Origin: Vitrella brassicaformis CCMP3155
Lineage: Eukaryota; Protista; Chromerida
Length of the DNA stretch: 64,000 nucleotides
Assembly (NCBI GenBank): GCA_001179505.1
Contig: CDMY01000351.1
Location: 1 to 64,000, forward strand
Reading direction: 5' to 3'
This document shows, in pieces, positions 35,215 to 46,997 of the stretch (position 1 is its first letter; each line of letters starts with the position of its first letter). The notes beneath the pieces were generated by a model. It did no database searches and was not told where the DNA came from. It saw only the letters and a list, made by a program, of their open reading frames with translations. Made by a program: the position numbers and the translations under genes.

Positions 35215-38200
35215 GTGAGTGAATGAACTGGTGAGGGAGGAGGGTGGGGTGAGTGGGGATGGTCAATTGTCTGCACGACAAGACAGGTAGGTTGGTTTTC
35301 TCAAGTGGAGAGGGCGAGAGAGAGGGAGGGAGGGAGGGAGGGAGAGAGAGGCAGGTGACCATTTTGCGTTTGCTCCTTTGTGTTGCCTGCATGTCGTGTA
35401 TGCCTGTGTACCTACCAGGGTACATGTGTCGTGTTCGTGTGTGTTCGTGTGTGTGTGTGTGTGTGTCTGTGTGTGTGGTGCGCTGTATTGTGACGGTCGG
35501 GTGACCTGGGCACACGTCTGCCGGCCAAGTGGCGCGTGGCGTGCATGTGGCCTGCTTCACGGGACCAGCACCACGACACACAGCAGGGAGCCTTTTTTGT
35601 CTTCTACTCCTGTAAGGCCGCACTACATGTGTACTCCTCGCAAACACACCCACACGCACATTCACTTGCTGTCTGACGGTGTGTCTGCGTGGTGCACACA
35701 CACACAAGAGAGAGAGGGAGAGAGGGACCACATCTATGGGCGTTCGGCAGAGTGGTTGTTGACGTTCACCGATGCTGTCGTTTTTTCCCACAGCACGCAC
35801 ACACACCCATTGTGTGCGTGCCCACACTTCACACGGAAGCCTGGCTGGTGGATGGTATTTGTTAACGAACAAACGGCTTTCTGGTGCTGCCTGCTGCCTA
35901 CTCCCTCCCTCTCTCGATGCTTTCATACTTTTATTTGTGCCATTACATACATACACACACATCATGATGTGTATTCGCTACATACATATGCAATGGATGG
36001 ATGGATGCGTTGTGTATTCATTGCGCGAGCGAGACCAGGACAGGACAGCACGGCAAATGAAGGCAGCAGAGGCCGCAACGATGCTACCTACCTACTATAT
36101 ACATGTAAAGGTATGTATTTGTCACTCACTCCCTCACTCCTTTCTTCCCGCCCATGGCCATGCAGACGTGGTACGTGTCGTCGCACTCTTCCCGTCCGTC
36201 TCCTCCTCTCTCTTCTGGCTGAAGTGCTTCTTACCACTGAACTGGACTCCCTCACTGCATACGTCTGTGTGTGTATGTGCCCCTTTCTCTACTTGCGTGT
36301 GTGTGTGTGTCACACGCGGGTCTATAATTCGTCCAAGCTTGGTGTCTTCCTTCCCGCCTGCCTGCCTGTCTGTCTGTCTCTCTGTCTGTGTGTTCGTGTG
36401 CGTATGAGCATGGCCATGGTATACAGGTGGGGCCGGCACCAGGCCTGGCCAGCGCTTATAATATCTTGCATGTTATATGTATCTCCTTTCTACAGGTACC
36501 GACCGATCGTATCTCTTTCTCTCTGCGTGTGAGTGGCATGAGTGAGCGAGTGCCTGCCGTGTGTATCCTATACATGCCTGCCTGCCAGCGCATGCCATGG
36601 TGCGGTTGCTATTCGTCCGTGTGTGTGCGCGTGCGTATTGCTGTATACTGACGGTTCGCTCTTCGTGCGCTCCGTCAACCTGTGTGTCTATCTCTGTGGG
36701 TGTGAACGTGTTGCTGGCTGTGTCATGATCGCTCGCTCCATCGCCCCATCTGTGTCTGAGTGTGTTCACCTTTCTGGCTGCCGCCCTGCCTGTCTGACCG
36801 TCTGCGTTGATTCCTTTGGTTGGTCTGCTCTGCCCTTCCCGGCCTTGCCGGCCGACCGACCGATCGTATCTTTCTCGTTTTCCCTCCCCTCGCGTCGCTG
36901 TCTTGATGAATGATGTCACCACCGTGTTCCTCTTCACTCCTCACCTTCCTCGATGATGCAGACTGGATGATACACACAAGGTATCCATCACGTCTGTGTC
37001 GTCCAGGTTGGTCATGGTTGGAAAGAAACAGTGGAAGACATCAGATTGCCGAGTGGGGCACGGCACGGCAAGAGTGTGGCTGCCACCCCATCCCACCCCA
37101 CCCTGCTGACTGACTGACCGATCGCATGCATCTCCTCTTCCTCACACCATCTACCATCCATCCTTGCCATCTCCGCGGTCTCCCCACCTTCCCGGAGCCA
37201 CTGTGTAAACACACATACGTAACATACACACACAGGTGTGCGAGCAAGGACGCGACATGACATGGGGTGGGTTGATGGCCTTTGAAGCGAGCCGACAGAC
37301 AGACAGACAAGTCTGTTGTGCACGTGAGTGGGAGGGGTGGATAGATAGGTGCTTCGTTTGTTCATTGAAATCGCAGGAGCGAGAGCGAGAGAGAGAGAGA
37401 GAGAGAGAGAAGCCAGGGAGGTCCGATTGATTCACCGACACACGCGCGCAGCACAGACAGGTGGAATTCTTCTCTCAACGGACTCACTCACACACATGGA
37501 TGGATGGATGGATGGTCTGTAGGCCTGTCTGTCGCGTCGATTTTGAGCTGAGCTGTCTGTCTGTCTGTCTCGTCTGCGTCTGATCGCACGCACCGCACCA
37601 TGCCTGCCTAGTGGACCGAAGGCGAGTGAAGGGGATGGGATTCTGTGTGTCTGATGGATGGGTGAGAGGAGAGGAGAGGGGAGGGGAGCCGGGGGCTGCA
37701 AAGCTCACTGACAGGGCCGCTCAGGGCAGATCAGGGCGGATGCTATTGGAAGCAAGGAGGAAGGAAGCCCTGCTTTTTTCTGACGCATTGTTGCCAAGCG
37801 CGTCGTAGAGGTATAGTGGACACAGGCAAGCCAGCCGTGCTTCGTCCGTCACACGTGCGTACTGATGGGGAGAGCGAGCCAGCGAGCGAATGCGTCTTAT
37901 ATATATGTCGGACAGTGGATGGATCGGCACCTTTCAGTTGACTCCCGCTCCGCCTTAAGTCTGGTGGCGACATGTGGCAGCAGGCGTGTTAGCTTCACAC
38001 GCCTGCCGCCACCTGCCGCCACTCGGCTGTGAGGCGGGGAGGGGAAGACAGGAAGAGCGCTGGGGAGGGAGGGAGACACCAATATATATATATAGTCAAT
38101 GGCGTGCACTCACTGCACACACGGAATGGATGGAATATGTATGAGCGACTGATGACTGACTAGTGAATGAGTGGATTGGTTGACAGCAGCAGCCAGTCCG

Positions 38201-41200
38201 TCCGCAGGCACGCGATGCGGCGTGGCATGCACCACAAGAGTCCATGCTGCACGCGACGCGGATGCACGCCTTACACACACAGCCACACACACACGCACCC
38301 ACACGCACACGCATTCATTCATTCATTCAGCCAGGCCAATGGCAACCAATCAGGGCACCCGCGCCGCTCCCCCAAGCGCACCCCTGCACTCAGCTGCCGA
38401 CATCCATTCCACTGCTTCCTCCGTTGCATCCATTCCACTGCACTGCGTGCGTCAATCAGGACTCCTGTCAGTCTCTTTGGCTTGCTTGTCTCTTGCTGTC
38501 GGTCTGTCTGTCTGTCTGTCGCTCGCTTGTTGACGATGCCCACTCGTCCTTCTATCTATCGGCAATCGCCTCCGACGTCATGATGCAATTGATAAATACT
38601 TCCCCTCCCCCCACTCTCCCCCTCCCCCCCGACTCTTTCTGTGTGGATCGACCAACCAACACACGCCAGTCCCCGACTCCCATCCAACCCCACCCCATCC
38701 CCTGTCTTGACTACATAATGAATGAACTTACCCAGGTAGACAGACAGACGGACAGACGGACAGGCAGAGACAGAGACAGAGACAGACAAGGATATGGCAT
38801 ACAGGCACAAGCCGTTCGTGTGAAAGTGTATGCCTGGGTGAAAAGGGCAGAGAGGAGAGGAGAGGAGAGGAGAAGCGAGGTGAGGAGNNNNNNNNNNNNN
38901 NNNNNNNNNNNNNNNNNNNNNNNNNNNNNNNNNNNNNNNNNNNNNNNNNNNNNNNNNNNNNNNNNNNNNNNNNNNNNNNNNNNNNNNNNNNNNNNNNNNN
39001 NNNNNNNNNNNNNNNNNNNNNNNNNNNNNNNNNNNNNNNNNNNNNNNNNNNNNNNNNNNNNNNNNNNNNNNNNNNNNNNNNNNNNNNNNNNNNNNNNNNN
39101 NNNNNNNNNNNNNNNNNNNNNNNNNNNNNNNNNNNNNNNNNNNNNNNNNNNNNNNNNNNNNNNNNNNNNNNNNNNNNNNNNNNNNNNGGGGGGGGGGGGG
39201 GGGGGGGGGGGGGGGCGGGGGCCAACCAACAGGCGCTGATGTGATGTGGTGTGATGTGGTGTGCTGTGCTACGCATATCGATTCATATGCGGATATAAAC
39301 GTGTCAGTCAGTCAGACATACATACATACAGACGGGTGTACATGAAAGACTTAACTTAGCCATCACACCGCATCACACCGCCAGCACACAATCCACCCAT
39401 TCACAATCCATCCACACATCCGTCCCATCCGCACGCAAAACAGAGAGCAAAACACGACACCACATCACGTGTACCTGATAATACAACCAACCACAAGCAG
39501 CACTCACACACTCACACACACACACAGCGAGAGAGGGAGGGAGAGGGGGCTATGTACAATCACGGCACGTGTAGATGAGGAGGCAGCTCAGCTCGCACAC
39601 AGCAAGGCAAGGCAAGGGCAGTTCAGCACAGCGCACACACGACACGACACGCAATTACCCCTCCGCCCCTCCGTCCGTATGGATGTAAGGAATAGGTCAT
39701 AAAGAAGTAGGCAGGCGCATGGCATGCATGGGATGGATGCATCGCGTGGTGGGTGGGCGGGTGGGTTGGTGAGTGCGTTGGTATGTCTGTCTGTCTGTCT
39801 GTCTGTATGGGTGGAGATCGACTCAGTGTTCCTAAGGATAAACTCTTACACACATACACACACACATTCAACTCAGTACGGACACATTGACCTGACGACA
39901 GACGCACTGCACTGCACTGATGCATTCAACCATCCACCGCACCCACCACCATACGGCCCCCCACAAACAGACAGAGGCAGACCACACAAGGCGCGACACA
40001 CATGCCTACACGTGCGTCGTTGCGCCGCTCCTTCCTTTCCTCTCCTGCTCTGCCATTTGATCTAACGATTCACCAATCAAGATTTCAAGATACAAACCCA
40101 GCCATGATACAAGACACGCAATACACGCACACACACACACACAGAGACACAGAGATAGACACAGACACACAAGATACATACAGATGGATGCAGGTGAGGA
40201 AATCGTTATCAAATGGCCGACAGACAGACACAGGGCATAAACGATGCACCAAGGGAAGGAGGATGCACCGTGCACCATTTAGTTATCACACACAAGACAC
40301 ACACACACACACACACAGACAGAGAGAGAGAGAGGGGGGCGAAAACCAAACGTGAGAGCACCGAGAGCAACGGTGTTACAAAAACAGAGAAAGAGGCGGA
40401 GAGAGAGAGAGAGGCTTGGCGAGTCATTGAATGGGTGGGTGACCACAGGGTGGGTGGGTGGATGGCTGTATGTACGTATGGCCATGCATGGCTGCCAAAC
40501 ACTTGCCTGGCCAGCAGGCAAGGCAAGTGGCATGCCAGGCACGCCTCATCTCATGTATGTGCGTGCGTCTGTCGGTCGTGTGTAGTGTGTATCTCATCTC
40601 GTATTTCCCATCCCATTCCATCATCAAGTACTGTACCTGTAGTGCAGTGTAGTGTAGTGTAGTGTAAGCATCGGTTCTGTCTGCAATCATTGCAGGTGAG
40701 GTGCTCCTATCGGTTAAATAAGCGCGTAAGCACACTCGGGCGACAGCGGGACACACTCGGGTGGGCTCAGCTGGACGGCACGAAGGAAAACCAGCAGCCC
40801 GTCCCGCCCGCTCAGTCGTCCATTGCACAAACACACGACGATCCCAGAGAGAAAGACAGAGAGAGAGAGAGAGAGGGAGAGGGATGGCGTGGCGGAGAGA
40901 GAGGAAGGGGTGGTGGCGCGTGGGAATGAGTGAGTGCGATGGTGAGGGAGGAAAAATAGTTGTTAGCACCAGCTAGCGTGTGTGTGACCCTCCCTCCCCC
41001 ATAGCCCCATGCACTAAAGCACTTAGCCAGCCAGTCCACTTATTTCAGCCGGCCAGCCAGCCACGGACACACGACGAGCCGGCCGGCCGGCCGATCGAGC
41101 GGGCGACTGGCGGACTGACTACACTGCCGCCCCGCCCCCCTTGCTACAAAAACCACTTGATGGCTCCATGTCATGTGTGTACCCCCACACCCATCAATCC

Positions 41201-41240
41201 ACCTCTTCCCCCCAACCCCCCCACCCCCTTAGTCAGTCAG
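35215..41240. repeat. Microsatellite-dense non-coding interval ((CA)n, (GA)n, (GACA)n, (GGAT)n, (GTAGT)n)
   Basis: About 6 kb between convergent stop codons; ORF-track hits here translate simple repeats only. Confidence 0.7.
38888..39187. other. Assembly gap (300 N) followed by a long poly-G run
   Basis: 300 N, then about 28 consecutive G. Confidence 0.98.
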
Positions 41241-43098
41241 TCAGTAGATTTCGTGTGTTTCGCACTCCACCACCTCGGTCAGCAGCTGTGACACCTCCTG
41301 CATCCTGTGGGCGTGCGCCGAGTCGTCCGACAGAGCCAGCGACACCCCGTCAGTGTCACCCTCAGACACGTCGTCGCCCACATCGCTGCCCGCCTCGTCC
41401 CCATAGGCAGCCACCAGAGGCAGGTCGGCCGCACCCACTGGCGGGGGGAGGGTGAAGGGCACGGCGGGGGTGCAGGGGGTCCGTGCGGAGCCGTCACATG
41501 GGGTGGGGCAGCGGGCCTCGTGCTTGGCGCAGGAAAACTCCAGCTGCTGCTCGTTGAGCATGTGAGCTGGCTCTATCTGCTGCTCCTGCTGCTGCTGCTG
41601 CTCCTGCTGCTGGTCGTCATGGCCATGGTCATTGTCACTACGATCGCCATGATCTTCTTCTTGTCCTCCTCCTTCTTGTGGGTGGGGGGGCTGGAGGGGG
41701 CAGTCGAAGTCGCCGTCTGGGGGGATGGTGGTTGTGGCTGCGTCGACAGGGCTGCTGTGGGTGCTGGTGGACGATCCTTCGCAGGTGTCGGTGGGCGTGT
41801 GCGGGTGGGCGGCGGTGGGTGGGGTGGTGGGCTCGCCTGAGGCGTCTGCACGGGCGTCTGCAGACAGAGAGAGAGTGCACAAGTCAAATCAAATCAAATC
41901 AGATGACGGCCGGGTCATCCTCCCTCGCCACTCACCATTTGTTTCGGTGACGGTGTCGGCTGCCGTGACTGCTTCTGGTGGTGGTGGTAGGGTGGTGGGG
42001 GGAATGGGGGCGGTGGCGGGGAGCTCCTCCTCCGGAGCAGCTGCCGCACAGACATAGACACACCGACACATGTCGCTGCGGCCCCTGCTGGCGGTCCACT
42101 GAGGCGAGAGGTGCGGCGCCCGTCCGCCACAGACGTCTTCATCCTCCTCCATGCCCTCGGCCATGGCCTCGTCGATGTCCTCGTCGTAGGCGTCGGTGTC
42201 CATGTCGTCAAAATCGTCTTCATCTTCCGACTCGTCCAGCTCCTCCTGCCCCTCGTCGATGCGCTCCCTGACCCCCGGCAGCGGCACATCCACCCGCCGC
42301 ACCTCCCGGCTCTCATCCCCCGTCCGCTCCTTCTTCTCACGCTCCCGCGGCACCGGCACCCAGCCGATCACCTCGGCCTGGTCACGAGACCGCAGGACGG
42401 GCAGCGCTTCCAAGGGGTCCTCGTCAGCGGCCATCGACACGCCGTCGTCGTCGAACCTCAGCAGCCGCCGGGTGGGGATGGGCAACACTGGGACAGGCTG
42501 GTGCTGCCGCGAGAAGGACCTCGATGATGACCGGGGGGATCTCCGCTTCTTCTGCGTCGGGCTGAAGCCCAAAATGCTGAGGGGAGAGGGCACGGGGGCG
42601 GCCTCTGGGATGACCGAGTTGATGACGGCCGTGGTCAATGGGGAGGCCAGCGGGGTGTCGGTGCTGGCCGTCCGGGTGCGCTTGGCCTGTGGGTGGGGAT
42701 GAGGGTGTGGGTGTGGGTGTGGGTGCTGAGTGTGGCGGTAGGTGTAGGGGGTGGATGGGGCGTAGGACATGGAAGGGGAGGTGCCCGGCGTGAAGCTGGC
42801 CGGCACGGAGGACGGGAAGGTGTCGATGCTGACGTCACTCGCCGCATAGGTGGGGTGCGACGCTGTGAACGTTGCAACAGATACCACACCACCACAAGCA
42901 CACACACACAGAACAGACCACCGTTTGTGCGGCCACTTCGACGGGCTGCTGTGTGTTTCCCTCTCACTCACCTTCCGACACAGTGGACGCCCTTGTGGTT
43001 CGTGTGATGGAGGGGTGTGGCCGGGCGACGGCGAGGGGCAGCTCGGTGTGCGCCCTCTTGCCCCTCAGCCAGCCCCACACGCCGCCGTGACTCGCCAT
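41241..43098 (-). CDS. Hypothetical Pro/Ser-rich and acidic low-complexity protein
   Basis: MASHGGVWGWLRGKRAHTELP...SE|ASHPTYAASDV..., continuing through ORFs 41889..42971 and 41241..41882 with GT-AG introns; HP repeats and D/E tracts. Confidence 0.65.
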
Positions 43099-43467
43099 CT
43101 CCTGCAAGCGCCGGACAGTACACCTGCACCTCCTCTACAGGCAACTCACAACTCGCTCGTCGAGCACAGGCGACAAGCCAGCGGGATCTCGTCTCGCGTG
43201 GGTCACTGTGAGGTCAGTGCGCGCCGTGCGCCTCCGCATCGCGGCCGCGCCGCATCTCCAGAGCCCAGGAGATAAACGGTCGAAGGTCAAACGGCTAAGC
43301 TCGCAACCGAGCGAAAGGGAAAGTGCATGTGGAGCGTGCGTGGGTGATTCCTGTTGCGTGCCGTCGTTTGATTGTGCATGAAAGACATGGGACTTGGCCG
43401 TCAGGCCGCTTAGGACATTCTGTGAAACCGCTCTCTCAGCGAAAGGGAAAGGAGGCTGGAGGGTCCC

Positions 43468-46400
43468 ATGGCGCCTCAATCGTCCCACTGGACAGAGCAG
43501 AAAGGCGAAGTCGTGAGATCTGTCGCCACAGACGCCGACGCGTTCAGGGGCAGCAAGGCTGGCGTGCACACGCGGCGGCGTGGGCTGAGGTTGACGGCCC
43601 TGGGCTCCTTGCTGTCGATCGAGAAGCACTGGAAGGCGCTGTGTGGCGCGTTCGTGGAGATCTTCCTGCCTACAGGATTTCCCCACACCGTCTGTGCAGA
43701 CTACCTCCCATATCAGGTACGTGCGGTGGTGCGCATACGCACTCTCTCTCTCTCCACACACACACACGCGAAGACACTCCATGCAATGAGATGAGTGCAT
43801 GATTTCTTTCGGTTTGTTTGTCAGGTGTGGGATTCCTGCCAGGCCTTCTGCTCGACTGTGACGGGCCTGTTGGCGTCGCAGTCGGTGTTGCGGATTGTGG
43901 GTGTGGGGGACGCTGCGGCCACTGCCTCGAGCGCCGTGCTGGTGTGGGTCATGCGAGACGGATTCGGGATGGTGGGGAGAATCGCATTCTCCTGGCAGGT
44001 AGGCATGGCAAGGCACACCTGAGTCCCTTGCGACCATTGCACTGCAGACAGACGCGTGTGTGTGTCGTGTTGTTTGTGTGGCCGGCCGTTTAGTGGTGCA
44101 ACCAACTGGATCTCAACGCCAAGACATGGCGGTGCGCTCATTCATTCATTCAGTTGAACTAAAAGAAAGAGGCAGTGAAGTGAAAGGGCGAGCGAGGGAT
44201 CTATGTCTGTCTGTCTGTCTGGTGCGGTGCAGGTTCATGGCTGACATCCTGAACGATGCCGGGATGACTCTCGAGCTGCTGACACCGCCACGCACCTCGC
44301 CGCTGTTCATGCCCACCCTCTGTGGGGCCACGCTGTGCAAGGCCGTCTGTGGCGTGGCCGGGGGGGCAACGCGCGCGGCACTCACTCTCCATTTCTCCGT
44401 GGCAGACAATGCCGCAGGTGAGCTGAGCAAGACGGAGGGAGGGAGGGAGGGATCGAGATTCGATTCACACGGATGTATGTGTGTGTGTGATTGTTCGTTG
44501 TGTGTAGACGTGAGTGCCAAGGACGGCTCGCAGGAGACCCTGGTCAATCTGCTGGGGATGATCGTCGGTACGCATCGCATGCACACACACACGTCAGTCA
44601 CGTCACAGGTGCATGCCATGGTGCGGTGCACACACAGTGGCATGACACAGCACAGTAAACGTCAGGTCAGTGTCCTTTCTTTCTTCTGTCTGTGTGTTTC
44701 TGTGTGATGTGTGACTGCTTACCTTACCCACCTAGGTTCCTACATCATCAAGTCGATAGAGGAGGACCCCTTCTTTGTGAGGCTGCTCTTTGCTGTGTTC
44801 ACCGCCCTGCACCTGCTCTTCAACTACCTGTGCGCAACACACACACCACACCACACCATTCGCACAGAGACAAACACGAAACAGGCACCAATTGGGTGAT
44901 GTGTGTGTGTCAATTGCGTCCATCTGTCAGGGCTGTCCGCTCTGTGGTCATGACGACGTTCAACTATCAACGGTTCATGATAGCTGCTGGATGGTCAGTA
45001 ATTAGGCCGCACACCGATTCGCCTCCGAATCTTCACCCACCCTCCCCTCTCCCTCCTCCCTCTCCCTCTGTGTCTGTCTGTCTGTGTCTGTCTGTCTGCT
45101 TCAGCTTTCTGCAGACGGGCCACGTGCCGTCGCCGGAGACAGTGGCCATCCATGAGAAGCTCTTCTGGCCAGTGGAGGCACCCCTCATCGAAATGGTCGT
45201 CAAGACCTTCATCGGCCTCCTGTCGATGCTGCCCAAGGCCGACCGTTGGGCGGGGTATGCTCTGGTGGGTCGGGGCGACGACAACCACAACCACAACAGG
45301 CACAGCAAGGAGAGGGCGCGGCGCGTGGCGTGGCGGTTGCTGAACAAGGAGAGGGAGAGCGGGCTGGCAGGAGGGTTCATGTACGGCGGATCCATCAAGG
45401 ACGCCATCGACAGAGCGCATGACCGGAACAGAAGTGAGCAACCCACCGACGACCGACAGACGCAGATTCTTCTCTCTCCTCTTTTGTCTTTTTGTCTTCG
45501 TGTTTGTGTGTGGCAATGGTTGTTCAGTCCAATCGTGGCTGGAGGAGTGGACTGCACATGTGCCCTCACCCTCGCCCTCTTTCCTCTACCTCCCACACAT
45601 GCGTCGCTCCATCATTCCGTCGCCGTGCGGCCCGTCCATCAAGACATACGCACTCGCCACACAGAGGCCAAAACAGTAAGGAAAAGCAAAAGAGAGAGAG
45701 AGAGGGTGGGAGGGTCACCATGCTGATCTGACCATTGTGTCGTGCAGCGGTCGTTTCCGCGCCCCTCCACCCCCTCAGTCGTCTGCCAGCAGTTCTCCTG
45801 TGTCCAGCTACCACGGCAGCGACACGCACAGCCCGACGAAAGAGGCCATCCCGGCGCCTCTGCCACCCGTATTCTTCCACGCCTGTAAGAAGAGAAGACA
45901 AGAACAGAGCGACGGCGTTGATGGGGGCTGCTTTCGTACGCATCTGTGTGCTTACGTGTGTGTGCAGGTGTGCTGCACAGGTTGGCTGTGGGTGCTGTGT
46001 CTGCCCTGGACGACGGCGCCAAGGGCCAGGACGGCGGGGTCATCAGAATGGGATGGCTGACACACGCACAAGTAAGTCACCCGTACACCACACCATCTGC
46101 GCGCGCACATCAATCCAACCACTACCTTCCCTGCTGTGCCACATCCCTCCCTCATGCAGCGGCTGGACACCCTCCGCCGCATCCGTGCCATCTCCCTTTC
46201 CCTGCTCACCGGCGACCAGCACCCCCTCCCCCCCACACCCCCGTCCCGCCCCACACCCGCACCCAGCCAGTCGAGCACAGCCACGCACACCCAAACCCAA
46301 GACGAGATGTCATCCCACATGTCGATAGCCATTACCGGTGGGGCGCGTGGGGACTGGCGCGCCGCCATGGGTGCATTTGTGACGAAGGCGGAGCAGGCCA

Positions 46401-46595
46401 GGTGGAACCTTGGTACGCAAAGCCTTCTTGATGGACGAGGAGAGAGAGCAAGAGCGCATGCCGTGGGCACGGTTGTGTGATTGGTTGTGTGTGGCTGTGC
46501 TGTGGTGTGCAGGTACGATGTTGATAGAGGACCATGGGTGGACGCTGATGCGCGCAGAGGGGGAGGAGGGGGCAGGGGCAGCACGGAGGGGATGA
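43468..46595 (+). CDS. RUS1: RUS1 / DUF647 (root UVB sensitive, C16orf58-like) family protein
   Basis: FLPTGFPHTVCADYLPYQ|VWDSCQAFCSTVTGLLASQSVLRIVGVGDAAATASSAVLVWVMRDGFGMVGRIAF...LDLNAKTWR|FMADILNDAGM...KAVCGVAGGATRAALTLHF...AKDGSQETLVNLLG; these are the typical DUF647 motifs. Confidence 0.92.
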
Positions 46596-46997
46596 CTGAT
46601 CTGACTGACGACCTGACATTGGTTGATTTGAGACACAGTGTGCGAACATTCTGCCAGAGGATATTCATTGCCCATCCACGAGTTGGAGTTAGACATTGTG
46701 AGCACTACAAGATAGTGCGCACACAATGTCTTCCTTCAGCTCTTGGAGGAGTAATGGTTTCCTCTGCATTGACTAAAGCCGGCGGCCCGGAAAAGCATCC
46801 TAAACAAGGATCGCCCTCAGTTTCGCGAGCCGCAATGGTAATTCTGTGTTTCGTGTTGCTGGCGTCCTTCTCCATCCTCCTCGACTCCGAGCTCGCCCAC
46901 TGCATCGTCCTCATGACCACCACCTTCCTCTCCGCCACACCACCCCAGATCTCCTCATACTAACCCACCCATCCGTCCGTCAGCCGAACGAACGGCC

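Noticed and set aside
36495-36880. Repeated cgaccgatcgtatct motif (~36500 and ~36856)
   Set aside because: Two copies inside low-complexity non-coding DNA, with no supporting structure.
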